The notes below the pieces were generated by a model. That model saw nothing but the letters and a program-made list of their open reading frames with translations, made no database searches and had not been told where the DNA came from. From assembly GCA_004356455.1 (NCBI GenBank), contig SMWZ01000029.1:12897-76896 (forward strand): a stretch of DNA of 64,000 bases, in the 5' to 3' direction. Position numbers and translations under genes: made by a program. This stretch comes from Deltaproteobacteria bacterium (GTDB taxonomy: Bacteria; Myxococcota_A; UBA9160; SZUA-336). Below are positions 39,099 to 48,282 of the stretch, one piece after another (the first letter of the stretch is position 1; each line of letters opens with the position of its first letter).

Positions 39099-39761
39099 AT
39101 GCGCAGGTCCATCCTGGCCATCTGCTTCCTGGTCGGAGTCTCGTGTAGTCCGGCAGCGACGGGGCACGCGACCAGGGACGAGCTCGTGGCCGCCTTCGTG
39201 GCCGCGCTCAACGCCGACGACCTGGACCAGCTCGAGCGAACGCTGCATCCCGCTTGTCGCGCGCTGATCAGCGGGCCCACTCAAGCCTACTACGAGGACC
39301 TGCTCGAGAAGGATCTGTCGTACACGATCCCGGCGGAGCATGTCGTGACCTACAGCAGCGTGCCGGAGGACCAAGCCCTGCCCTTTGCCCGGCAGTTCGA
39401 CTATCCAGCCCGGCCCACGGACAGCATGACCCTCCAGTTCAAGAGCGATCAGTACTCCTTGGTCTCCATCATCAGATGGATCCGGCAGGATGAGCTCGGC
39501 TGGCACCTCGTGCTCCCGCACCCGAAGGAGGGCACCCTGGCGCTCCTCGCGGAGCAGCGCGTCCGCAAGCAGGAGCTGGAGGTGAGAGCAGAGGAGCTGC
39601 TGCAGAGCATGGCGCCCGAGCTGCGCTCGAAGATCGAGGAGCAGCTGAGAGCGGGTCAGATGCTGGATGCCATAGACGAGTACTCAACCGCAACGGGCGA
39701 GTCGACGGAGATGGCCGTTTCGGTGGTGCAAAGCATCAAGGCAACCGAGGGTTCAAAGTAG
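39099..39761 (+). CDS. hypothetical lipoprotein
   Basis: 220 aa with signal peptide and lipobox LVGVSC. No recognisable domain. Confidence 0.5.
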   Translation: MRRSILAICFLVGVSCSPAATGHATRDELVAAFVAALNADDLDQLERTLHPACRALISGPTQAYYEDLLEKDLSYTIPAEHVVTYSSVPEDQALPFARQFDYPARPTDSMTLQFKSDQYSLVSIIRWIRQDELGWHLVLPHPKEGTLALLAEQRVRKQELEVRAEELLQSMAPELRSKIEEQLRAGQMLDAIDEYSTATGESTEMAVSVVQSIKATEGSK

Positions 39762-39779
39762 GCGAGACGACTGACACGC

Positions 39780-40142
39780 ATGGATGTGAACAAGTACCGA
39801 GATCTCTGCGCTCGACCTGATGTGCTTCGACGGGGTGAGCTGGAAGAGACCGTGAGTGCGTTACGCAGGCTCAGGTCGCCGGACGCTCGCTTGGTGGAGG
39901 AGATCTTGGAACAGCCGCCCATCGAGAAGCCCGTCATTCACGCGGCGGGCTCGGAGGCCGACTTCTTCTTTGTGACCCTGGACACCGATGTCGTTGAGTC
40001 CATCGTGGATCAGCTCTTTGAGGCCGAGGCGGCGGCCGTACCCAACGGAGGCGAGACCACGCCTGAGGCCACCCGATTCGCCGAGCTCGTAGACCTCTGG
40101 AATGACTGTCAGGAATACCTCGATAACGGAGGCGCCGCCTAG
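39780..40142 (+). CDS. hypothetical acidic protein
   Basis: 120 aa ORF with good codon usage. No recognisable domain. Confidence 0.4.
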   Translation: MDVNKYRDLCARPDVLRRGELEETVSALRRLRSPDARLVEEILEQPPIEKPVIHAAGSEADFFFVTLDTDVVESIVDQLFEAEAAAVPNGGETTPEATRFAELVDLWNDCQEYLDNGGAA

Positions 40143-40143
40143 G

Positions 40144-40542
40144 ATGGATTGCATTCGCTGCGCGGGTCGCATGCAGAAGCGTCCCGTCCGGGGTGTGCTC
40201 TTGGACTACTGTGCACCCTGCGACGCGATCTGGCTGGACGAGGGGGAGCTCGAGGCGCTGCTCAGCCGGCGCTCGAGAACTCGAGCCGAGCTCCAAGCGC
40301 AGGAGCAGGCCGAGGCCTCTCGGGAGAGCTCGCGGGCCGTGTCGGTCCTGGAGCTCTGCCCCCGCTGCCAGGGACGGCTCTCCGTGACCTATATCCGTGC
40401 CATACCTGTAGACCAATGCAGTCGCTGCCGCGGGATGTACTTCGACCAGGGCGAGCTGCCCGCGATTCTGCGGGCCCTTCGGCGCGGTCCGCTGGCCCGA
40501 CTCTGGATGCGTCTGCGCGGCTCGCGCGCAGCCGGGGCTTGA
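40144..40542 (+). CDS. tandem zf-TFIIB-type Zn-ribbon protein
   Basis: Two copies of C-x2-C…C-x2-C followed by WLDxGEL/YFDQGEL (MDCIRCAG…CAPCDAIWLDEGELEALL and CPRCQG…CSRCRGMYFDQGELPAIL). Confidence 0.6.
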   Translation: MDCIRCAGRMQKRPVRGVLLDYCAPCDAIWLDEGELEALLSRRSRTRAELQAQEQAEASRESSRAVSVLELCPRCQGRLSVTYIRAIPVDQCSRCRGMYFDQGELPAILRALRRGPLARLWMRLRGSRAAGA

Positions 40543-40549
40543 GGACCGG

Positions 40550-41122
40550 ATGCGCAGCGCCCACCCCTTCCGATGGCTCTCCGACGCCTCACAGCGTCGA
40601 GCCCTCCCGCTGCTGATCGTACTCGCGCTGATCGGTTCGGGCGTGATGACCTGGCTGGATTATCCCTTGAGGACCGCCGCAGCGCCTTTCGGAATCGGCT
40701 CCTTCGAGCTGGCGAAGACGCTCGCACAGTCACAGAGCGTGCTCACATCGTGGGATCCGTCGGCCCGCATCTACGCCGGCCTTAGCCTCGGCATCGACTA
40801 CCTCTACCTGGTGTTGTACTCGGCCTCGATCGCGCTGGCGTGCGTGCGCCTGGCGCGCGCACTGCAGCACCGAAGCGCACGCCTCGCAGCCATAGGCATC
40901 GCATTGGCCTGGGCACAACCCGTGGCGGCTGGACTGGATGCCATCGAGAACTACGCGCTTATCCGGCTCCTACTCGGCTCGCTCGCGGCCGCGTGGCCCC
41001 TGCTCGCCTGGGCCTGCGCGCTGCCCAAGTTCACACTCGTAGCCGCGGGTCTGCTCTACGTGCTGCTCGCCGGCGTCTACGCGCTGGTCGTGCGCTCAAG
41101 TACCGCCACAGGAGGTTCTTAG
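40550..41122 (+). CDS. hypothetical integral membrane protein (4-5 TM)
   Basis: 190 aa with hydrophobic segments. No recognisable domain. Confidence 0.45.
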   Translation: MRSAHPFRWLSDASQRRALPLLIVLALIGSGVMTWLDYPLRTAAAPFGIGSFELAKTLAQSQSVLTSWDPSARIYAGLSLGIDYLYLVLYSASIALACVRLARALQHRSARLAAIGIALAWAQPVAAGLDAIENYALIRLLLGSLAAAWPLLAWACALPKFTLVAAGLLYVLLAGVYALVVRSSTATGGS

Positions 41123-41692
41123 CTACTTCACGCGCTCGACGTAGCGCAGCTGGCCCGGATCCACGCGGATCCGATCGCCTGGCTCGAGAAAGGTGGGCAC
41201 CTGGATGGTCATACCGTTGTCCAGGGTGGCGGGCTTGTTGGACTTCGCCGCGGTCTGACCCTTGATTACGGGCTCCGTGTCCTTGATCCCGATCTCCACC
41301 GTCTTCGGAAGCTGCAGGCCGATCGGCCGACCGTCGAGCACCTCGACGATCAGGCGCACGCCCTCGGTGAGCCAGGGTGAGGCGCCCGCGAAGATGTCGG
41401 CCCCGAGGGTGATCTGATCGTAGGTCTGGGTATCCATGAAGACACCCCCGTCCCCCTCTCGATAGAGGTAGTCCATCTCCCGCGCCTCGACGATGGCGCG
41501 CTCCACAGAATCGTTGGTGGAGAACTTGACCGCACGCTGGGTCCCGTCGAGCAGGTTCCTGAGCTTCGTCTGGACGAAGCCACGCTTGTTGCCCGGCGTG
41601 CGATGCTCGAACTCCAGGACCCGATACGGCACGCCTTCGTAGATGATGCTCGTTCCCCTGCGCAACGCGGTGGCCTGGATATCGCCCGCCAT
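41123..41692 (-). CDS. efp: elongation factor P
   Basis: 189 aa. KPGKG-like loop (TPGNKRGF). Three OB domains. Confidence 0.9.
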   Translation of the reverse strand: MAGDIQATALRRGTSIIYEGVPYRVLEFEHRTPGNKRGFVQTKLRNLLDGTQRAVKFSTNDSVERAIVEAREMDYLYREGDGGVFMDTQTYDQITLGADIFAGASPWLTEGVRLIVEVLDGRPIGLQLPKTVEIGIKDTEPVIKGQTAAKSNKPATLDNGMTIQVPTFLEPGDRIRVDPGQLRYVERVK

Positions 41693-43131
41693 TATTTCTC
41701 CTCGAGCTTGCGGAGACGTGCCAGGAGGCGGTCCCAGATGCCCCCGAAGCCTCCGTTCGACATGATCAGGGCAAGGTCGCTGCCCGAGCGCTCGCGAACG
41801 AGATGCTCGATGATCTCGTCCACCTCCAGTATATGCTCAGCCGCGATCCCGCGCGCGCGCAGACCCTCAACCACCTTCTCGGGCCGCATGCGTTCGCCCT
41901 GGGGGATCTGATCGGGGCGGAAGACGCCTGCGATCACCACCCGGTCCGCGCCGGCCAGGGCTTCCACGAACTCATCTTCAAAGAAGCGTCGGCGGCTGGT
42001 ATACGTGCGCGGCTCAAAGACGGCCCAGAGCATCCGCTCGGGAAAGCGCGAACGCATCGCGGCGACCGTCTCGCTCACGGCGGTGGGATGATGAGCGAAG
42101 TCGTCCATCACCATAAAGCCACCTACCTCGCCGCGAATCTGCTGGCGTCTCCGCACTCCGCGGAAGTCCTTCAAAGCCTCACCCGCCGCTTCGACATCCA
42201 CTCCGAGCCCGTGGCAGAGCGCTACCGCGCCGAGCATGTTCTCGACGTTGTAGCGGCCGAAGAGGGGGGCGCGAATGCGGGCCATGCGCTTGTCCCCCCG
42301 CCACACCGTACACTGCGTGCCCTCGGGGTCGAAAGCGACATCGCTCACGCGCCACAAGGCCGGCTCCTTGAAGCCGTAGCCCTCCACGGGCGCGGCCACG
42401 TCGGCCACGATCTGGCTCACCGCCGGTATGTCTGTGGCGGCCACGATCTGACCGTCCTCGGGAATGCTGCGTACGAGCTCGCGGAAGGCGTCCTGGATCT
42501 GGTCGATCGAGTCGTAGATGTCAGCGTGGTCGAACTCACAAGAGGTCAAGAGCAGGCTGCGGGCATCGTAATGCAGAAACTTGGGGGTCTTATCGAAGAA
42601 CGCGGTATCGTATTCATCCCCTTCGACGACGAAGTGATCGCCCTCGCCCAGGCGAAAGCTCCCGTTCAGGTTCTCGGCGACACCTCCGACGAGGATGCTG
42701 GGATCGTGGCCCGCGTGCACCAGAATCCAGCCCGCGATGCTGGTGCAGGTGGTCTTCCCGTGCGTTCCGGAGATCACGACGCTGTGTTTTCCGCCCATGA
42801 AGAACTGGTGAACAGCGTCCGGGAAGGAGAGGTAAGGGATGCCGGCTTCGAGAGCCGCGCGGGCTTCGGGGTTGTCGTGGTGCACGGCGTTCCCGATCAC
42901 GACCAGGTCCGGGCGCTCCCGCAGCAGGTGGTCGGCCGCAAAGCCCTTCTCGACCGTGATCCCCGAGTCGCGCAGCAGATCGCTCATGGGAGGGTAGGTG
43001 TCCATGTCGCTCCCCGTCACGCGGAAGCCACGGTCGGCCAGCATGCACGCGAGCGTGCCCATGCCGGTACCAGCGACAGCGACCAGGTGGACGTGCCGGA
43101 TCCCCTCGATGGGCGGCAGATCACGCGGCAT
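41692..43131 (-). CDS. mpl: UDP-N-acetylmuramate:L-alanyl-gamma-D-glutamyl-meso-diaminopimelate ligase (murein peptide ligase)
   Basis: Motifs YPPMS, GTHGKTT, DEYDTAFFDK and MSNGGFGG match Mpl rather than MurC. Confidence 0.8.
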   Translation of the reverse strand: MPRDLPPIEGIRHVHLVAVAGTGMGTLACMLADRGFRVTGSDMDTYPPMSDLLRDSGITVEKGFAADHLLRERPDLVVIGNAVHHDNPEARAALEAGIPYLSFPDAVHQFFMGGKHSVVISGTHGKTTCTSIAGWILVHAGHDPSILVGGVAENLNGSFRLGEGDHFVVEGDEYDTAFFDKTPKFLHYDARSLLLTSCEFDHADIYDSIDQIQDAFRELVRSIPEDGQIVAATDIPAVSQIVADVAAPVEGYGFKEPALWRVSDVAFDPEGTQCTVWRGDKRMARIRAPLFGRYNVENMLGAVALCHGLGVDVEAAGEALKDFRGVRRRQQIRGEVGGFMVMDDFAHHPTAVSETVAAMRSRFPERMLWAVFEPRTYTSRRRFFEDEFVEALAGADRVVIAGVFRPDQIPQGERMRPEKVVEGLRARGIAAEHILEVDEIIEHLVRERSGSDLALIMSNGGFGGIWDRLLARLRKLEEK

Positions 43132-44251
43132 CGAACGCCTCCCAGATGAAATCGTGAATCCGAGGTCGAAGCTCGAAGCGGCTGCGCTTGGCCACGAGGT
43201 GAACGCGGTTCGAGAGCACCACGATGATGGTTCCGTTCACGAGATCGATCCACAGGCTCGTGCCACTGAACCCCGTGTGACCGATGGAGCGGCGGGGAAA
43301 ATGGCTCCCCGAGGTGGACCGTCCCGCTGTGGGCGTATCCCAGCCCAGCGCCCAGTCGCTGCCCTTGGGAATCTCCTGCCGGCGGAAGAACTCCTGCGCC
43401 AGCTGCTGCTGAAAGACCGAGCTCTCGCCGCGTTCGGCTGCCAGCATCTCCTCGGCGAAACGCATGACGTCCGCTGCGGTCGAGAAGAGTCCAGCATGTC
43501 CGGCCACGCCGCCCATCGCCCAGGCGTTCCCATCGTGCACCTCTCCCCAGAGCACCTTCTCGCGCCAGGGGCATTGCTCCGTCGCAGCATAGCGAGCGCG
43601 CTCACCTCGAAAGGGCACGGGATTGAAGTGCGTGTCCGATAGTGCCAGAGGCTCGTAGATGCGACGCTGGCAGAAGGAGTCGAGTGGCTCGCCCGCCGCC
43701 TCCGCCGCCACCTCGCCCAGAACGATCAACCCGAGATCGCCGTAGACCGAAGCTTCCCCGGGATCATGCACGGGCGCGCTGCGCAGGATGCGGCTTACGA
43801 TCCCCTCACGGCCCGCCTCGGTCGCGAGCCATACCCCGCCCCGACGCCGTTCTCGCTCGAGCAGATCTTCGTAGTAGGCGCGCCAGGGTCGCAGACCGGA
43901 GCTGTGAGTCAGCAGGTGGCGCAGGGTGATCTCCGATTTGTCGCGCTCGCCGAAGGCCGGCAGCACGTCCACCACGGGCTGATCCAGCGAGAGCTTCCCA
44001 TCGGCCACGAGCAGCATGACCGCGGGCGTGGTGGCCATCACCTTGGTGAGGGAAGCGAGATCGTAAATGGTATTGGGGCGCGTCTCGTGCCGCTCCGGAC
44101 TGAGGCAGGCTGCGCCGAAGACGCCCTCGTAGCGCAGCGCGTCTCCACGACGGGCGACGACCGTAGCGCCGGGGATCTCGCCCTTCTCCATCGCTTTCTC
44201 GAGCGCGCGATCCACGCGTCCGAGCTTCCTGCGCACGGCAGCCAGCTTCAA
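43121..44251 (-). CDS. class C beta-lactamase-related serine hydrolase
   Basis: S-x-x-K motif (ASLTK), YxN and HTG-like motifs. Overlaps the mpl start by 11 nt. Confidence 0.75.
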   Translation of the reverse strand: MKLAAVRRKLGRVDRALEKAMEKGEIPGATVVARRGDALRYEGVFGAACLSPERHETRPNTIYDLASLTKVMATTPAVMLLVADGKLSLDQPVVDVLPAFGERDKSEITLRHLLTHSSGLRPWRAYYEDLLERERRRGGVWLATEAGREGIVSRILRSAPVHDPGEASVYGDLGLIVLGEVAAEAAGEPLDSFCQRRIYEPLALSDTHFNPVPFRGERARYAATEQCPWREKVLWGEVHDGNAWAMGGVAGHAGLFSTAADVMRFAEEMLAAERGESSVFQQQLAQEFFRRQEIPKGSDWALGWDTPTAGRSTSGSHFPRRSIGHTGFSGTSLWIDLVNGTIIVVLSNRVHLVAKRSRFELRPRIHDFIWEAFDAA

Positions 44252-45180
44252 TCTCTGCCCTCCACGACCGGCTCGAGCGGCGTCAACGTTCCTCGGTCGC
44301 CGTCGAGCTCAGCCCGGACGCCGAACCCGAGCGAGCGGGGGTCCAAGGTGTGCCCGAACGGAAGGTCCTCCACGACCGGACCCTTCACCTCGGATACGAG
44401 TACCTCCCTGAGCACATCCTCGACGCTGGTCTCAGGGTAGCGCTCGGACTCGCAGGACACGAACTGCCCCAGCGCAACACCCGCGGCGTCGCGCAGCTTG
44501 CCGGCCTCGCGCAGCTGGACCAGCAGGCGATCGATCGCGTAGGGCTGCTCGCAGATCTCCTCCAGGAAGAGGATCGCACCGCGCGTATCGATCTCCCACG
44601 GGGTGCCCAGGCTCCCCGCGACGAGTACCAGCCCTCCTCCGACGAGCGGACCCGCAACTCGGCCGCCCACGAGCCCCGCACCCTTGAGCGGCTCGAGCGC
44701 CGACGCCTCACCCCGAACCAGCGCGAGCAGCTGCGCACGCGCACCCGGGGTGAGGTCAGGCTGCTCCAACATAGGACCGTGCACCGAGGCCAGCCCGGCG
44801 CGGCGCCTGAGATAGAGCAGGAGGGAAGTCGCGTCGCTGTAGCCCACGACGAGCTTGCGCCCGCGGCGCAGCTCGGACGGGTCGAGGCGGCTCAGGATCC
44901 GCGGAAGCCCATAGCCACCGCGCGCCAGTACGATTCCACGCACGTCGGGTGCCCGCCACAGCTCGAGCAGATCCTCCAGCCGCTGCTCGTCCGTACCGGC
45001 CAGATAGCCGTGCCGGGCGCGCAGATGGCGGCCGCAGCGAACCACGTAGCCCGCATCCTCGAGCCAGCGGATCCCCACATCCAGAGTCTTCTCGTCGACC
45101 GGACCGGCGGGCGCACAGACACCGACGGTCGAGCCGGGCGTGAGTGGACGTGGGAGGAGCAGAGACGGCTCCTCTGCCAT
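44248..45180 (-). CDS. ldcA: LD-carboxypeptidase (muramoyltetrapeptide carboxypeptidase, S66 family)
   Basis: Motifs GVCAPAGPV…, GYSDATSL and the Ser/Glu/His triad context. Confidence 0.8.
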   Translation of the reverse strand: MAEEPSLLLPRPLTPGSTVGVCAPAGPVDEKTLDVGIRWLEDAGYVVRCGRHLRARHGYLAGTDEQRLEDLLELWRAPDVRGIVLARGGYGLPRILSRLDPSELRRGRKLVVGYSDATSLLLYLRRRAGLASVHGPMLEQPDLTPGARAQLLALVRGEASALEPLKGAGLVGGRVAGPLVGGGLVLVAGSLGTPWEIDTRGAILFLEEICEQPYAIDRLLVQLREAGKLRDAAGVALGQFVSCESERYPETSVEDVLREVLVSEVKGPVVEDLPFGHTLDPRSLGFGVRAELDGDRGTLTPLEPVVEGRD

Positions 45181-46604
45181 CAGAAGAGAGGCTCCTCGGG
45201 GTCGAAGCCGGCTGTGACGGGTGGCACGTCCTCGCGGGCGGACAGATCGCTGAAACGCGTATAGCGGCCCTCGAACTGGAGCCTGACCGTACCGATCGGG
45301 CCGTTCCGCTGCTTTGCGATGTTCACCTCGGCGATGCCCAGGTCCGGGGTGTTCTCATCGTAGACCTCGTCGCGGTAGATAAACATCACGACGTCGGCGT
45401 CTTGTTCAATGGCACCGGACTCGCGCAGGTCCGCCAGCATGGGCCGCTTGTTGGGCCGCATCTCGGGCCCGCGGTTGAGCTGCGAGAGGGCAATCACGGG
45501 GAGGTTGAGCTCTTTAGCCAGGAGCTTCAGCGAGCGACTGATCTCGGCCACCTCTTGCTCGCGCCGCTCATCCCGCTTCCGACCCTGTATCAGCTGGATG
45601 TAATCGACGATGATGAGCGTGAGCTTCTCCTCGCGATCGAGCCGTCGGGCCTTGGCGGCGATATCGCTCACCGTCAGCAGCGCGCTGTCATCGACGAAGA
45701 TACGGGCGTCCTCGAGCTGACTGGCCGCACGCGTGAGGGCGCGCATATCGCGGTCTCCCAGAACGCCTCCGCGAAAGCGGGAGAAGTCGACCTCGGCCTC
45801 ACTCATCAGCAAGCGCACCACGAGCTGCCGCCTGGTCATCTCGAGCGAGAAGATCCCCACGCACCCGCCCTGATCGCGCGCGTGGTTGCGGGAGATGTTG
45901 AGGGCCAGCGCGGTCTTGCCCATGCTGGGGCGCGACGCGATCACGGCCAGGTCGCCGCCCTGCAGCCCGCCGATCTTCTGGTCCAGATCGTGGAAGCCCA
46001 TGCGCACGCCAGTGACCTCGCCGGATTGCACCTTCTCGATGTACTCGAAGGCGCCCTGGAGCTCGGCCTTCACGCCCGAGAAGCCGCTCTCCGCATGGCC
46101 CATCGAGATCTGCAGCACCTCGAGCTCCGCCTCCTCGATCAGATCGGCCACCGAGGTCGAGCCCTCGTATCCGCGTGAGGCGATCCGCTCACAGGTGCGG
46201 ATGAGCGACCGCGCCAGCGCTTTCTCGCGCACGATGTCCGCATGATGCTCGACGTGGGCGGCCGTGGGGGTCGCATCCACCAGGCCCCCCAGAAACCCGA
46301 CGCCCCCCACCTCATCCAACACGCCCTGTTCCTCGAGAAAGCTACGCAGGGTAATCAGGGTGATCGCCTGCTGCTTGCTCGCCAGGCTCAGACAGGCGTC
46401 GTAGAGAATGCGGTGGCGCGGTAGGTCGAAGGAGCTGGCATTGACCTTGTCCTCGATCTTGAACAGCGAGTTGTGATCCAGCAGGATCGCGCCGAGAACC
46501 GCGCGCTCCGCCTCGTGGTCCACGGGAATCGCCCTCAGGCTCTCTTTGGTCTCGACCGGCTGCGCCAAGCTACCCCCCCACAAGAATCGGCGCGCTGTAC
46601 GCAA
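45180..46604 (-). CDS. dnaB: replicative DNA helicase DnaB
   Basis: EAERAVLGAILLD N-terminal domain. Walker A motif GSRPSMGKT. Confidence 0.9.
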   Translation of the reverse strand: MRTARRFLWGGSLAQPVETKESLRAIPVDHEAERAVLGAILLDHNSLFKIEDKVNASSFDLPRHRILYDACLSLASKQQAITLITLRSFLEEQGVLDEVGGVGFLGGLVDATPTAAHVEHHADIVREKALARSLIRTCERIASRGYEGSTSVADLIEEAELEVLQISMGHAESGFSGVKAELQGAFEYIEKVQSGEVTGVRMGFHDLDQKIGGLQGGDLAVIASRPSMGKTALALNISRNHARDQGGCVGIFSLEMTRRQLVVRLLMSEAEVDFSRFRGGVLGDRDMRALTRAASQLEDARIFVDDSALLTVSDIAAKARRLDREEKLTLIIVDYIQLIQGRKRDERREQEVAEISRSLKLLAKELNLPVIALSQLNRGPEMRPNKRPMLADLRESGAIEQDADVVMFIYRDEVYDENTPDLGIAEVNIAKQRNGPIGTVRLQFEGRYTRFSDLSAREDVPPVTAGFDPEEPLF

Positions 46605-46611
46605 GGCGATT

Positions 46612-47064
46612 CTAGTCTGAAGCGACCACCTTCACACGAATCTGGGTACTGACCTCACGGTGCAGCTTGAGGGTGACCTTGTACTCCCCCAGCTGCTTGA
46701 TGGGCTCACTCAGCTCGATCTTGCGGCGATCCAGCTCGATGCCCTGCTCACCCAGGCGTCCCGCGATGTCAGCGTTCGTGATCGAACCGAAGAGCTTCCC
46801 CTCCGCACCCACCAGCACCTGGAATTCGAGCTCGGTCTGCTCCAGACGCTTCGCTACGAGCTCGTGCCCGCCGACCTCCTTGCGGATCTTCTCCTCGATC
46901 ACCCGCCGCTTGTGCTCCAGCTCGCGCACGCGCCCCTTCGTGGCGAGCATGGCTTTTCCCTGCGGAAGCAGGTAGTTGCGGGCGTAGCCGGGGCGCACCC
47001 GCACGACCTCGCCGGCGTTGCCGAGGGTCGAGATGTCTTCGGTCAGGATCACCTCTACGGCCAT
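46612..47064 (-). CDS. rplI: 50S ribosomal protein L9
   Basis: MAVEVILTEDISTLGNAGEVVRVRPGYARNYLLPQG. Confidence 0.9.
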   Translation of the reverse strand: MAVEVILTEDISTLGNAGEVVRVRPGYARNYLLPQGKAMLATKGRVRELEHKRRVIEEKIRKEVGGHELVAKRLEQTELEFQVLVGAEGKLFGSITNADIAGRLGEQGIELDRRKIELSEPIKQLGEYKVTLKLHREVSTQIRVKVVASD

Positions 47065-47077
47065 CGAACGCTCTCCC

Positions 47078-47353
47078 TCAGCTGTGCTGAGACGTGAACG
47101 GCATGAGCGCGAGCTGGCGTGCGCGCTTGATCGCCACCGTCAGCCCGCGCTGATGGCGCGCGCAGTTCCCACTGATGCGACGCGGAATAATCTTGTGCCG
47201 CTCGGTGACGAAGATCCGCAGGGTCCTTGCATCCTTGTAGTCGATGCTCATTTCCTTGTCCGCACAGAAACGGCAGACCTTCTGGCGCAAAAAAGTTTTG
47301 CGCCCCGAGCGCTTCCGCTTGCGCATCGGCCGTTTGACGACGATCTCGACCAT
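47078..47353 (-). CDS. rpsR: 30S ribosomal protein S18
   Basis: [35 protein letters not shown]. Confidence 0.9.
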   Translation of the reverse strand: MVEIVVKRPMRKRKRSGRKTFLRQKVCRFCADKEMSIDYKDARTLRIFVTERHKIIPRRISGNCARHQRGLTVAIKRARQLALMPFTSQHS

Positions 47354-47361
47354 ACATCCCC

Positions 47362-47964
47362 CTAGCCCTTCGCCTCTGCGTCATCCCCCGCGGTAGCCTC
47401 CGGGATAGGCTTCTCAGCCTGCCCTGCGACAGTCTCGAGTTCCTCGGAGCCTGCGTCCTCACGGTTAGCGTCGCTGTCCTGGTCCTCGGCTCCCAGCTCG
47501 CCTGCGTCCAGCTGCCCGTCCACGCTGCCCGCCTGCTCGCCGGCCGCAGCCTCGGCAGCCTGGGCGGCCTCACTCGCCGCGCGTTCGGCCTCCAGGAGCT
47601 CCCGCTCCTCGCGGCGGCGCGCCTGCTCCGCCTCGTACTCTCGAGCCTGCGTGACGCGGGCTTCGATGTCCTTCACGTTATCGTTCGCCAGAACTGTGAG
47701 GAAACGCAGCACGTCGACGTCGAGCCGCAGCTGCCGCTCCATCTCGGGCACGAAGGCTCCGTCTCCCAGGAAACTGAGCTGGAAATAGTGCCCCTTCTGG
47801 AACTTTTGGATCTCGTAGGCGAGCTTGCGCTTGCCCCAGTCGTCGCGAAGCAGATGCGTTCCCCCGCCTTCGGAGACGAAGCTATCCACTTTGGCGTGGA
47901 TCTCCCCCTCACGCTCGCGCGTGGCATCTGGCTGAATGATGTAGATGAGGTCGTACTCACGCAC
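47362..47964 (-). CDS. rpsF: 30S ribosomal protein S6 with a long acidic C-terminal extension
   Basis: [12 protein letters not shown]…[13 protein letters not shown] start chosen. About 90-aa Glu/Ala/Asp-rich tail. Confidence 0.8.
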   Translation of the reverse strand: MREYDLIYIIQPDATREREGEIHAKVDSFVSEGGGTHLLRDDWGKRKLAYEIQKFQKGHYFQLSFLGDGAFVPEMERQLRLDVDVLRFLTVLANDNVKDIEARVTQAREYEAEQARRREERELLEAERAASEAAQAAEAAAGEQAGSVDGQLDAGELGAEDQDSDANREDAGSEELETVAGQAEKPIPEATAGDDAEAKG

Positions 47965-48282
47965 CGACGTTCCCCTTGGTCTGCGGGCCCCCACCCAAGC
48001 GGGGACCGAGGCACGATGAAGCAGGGCCAGAGTTTAGCAAACTTGCGTTGGCCGCGCGCAGAGCTTCTCGACGACTCCAGCTGCCTACGGCGGCGGCCAA
48101 CCCGAGCCGAGGCACGCCGGCCCCTGCTTGAGCGCCCGCGAAATCCCTTAAAGAGGGCGCTTGTTCGTCCTTCCCGCAGGGATCACCGACTACTCATTGT
48201 CCCGTCATTACAGGTCGCTGTGTGGAGTTACGCATCCTGACTCGCGCAGCATCACGGTCAGGCAGCCTGGCGCCTCGTCCGA

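Noticed and set aside
41803-43149. 448-aa plus-strand ORF antisense to mpl. The same pattern occurs at 45144-46178 (dnaB), 58063-59091 (alaS), 59145-60167 (pilT), 60176-61363 (recA), 9256-10194 (acyl-CoA ligase) and 35884-37158 (apbC)
   Set aside because: These are mirror ORFs typical of ~70% GC DNA. The sense-strand products are unambiguous housekeeping proteins.
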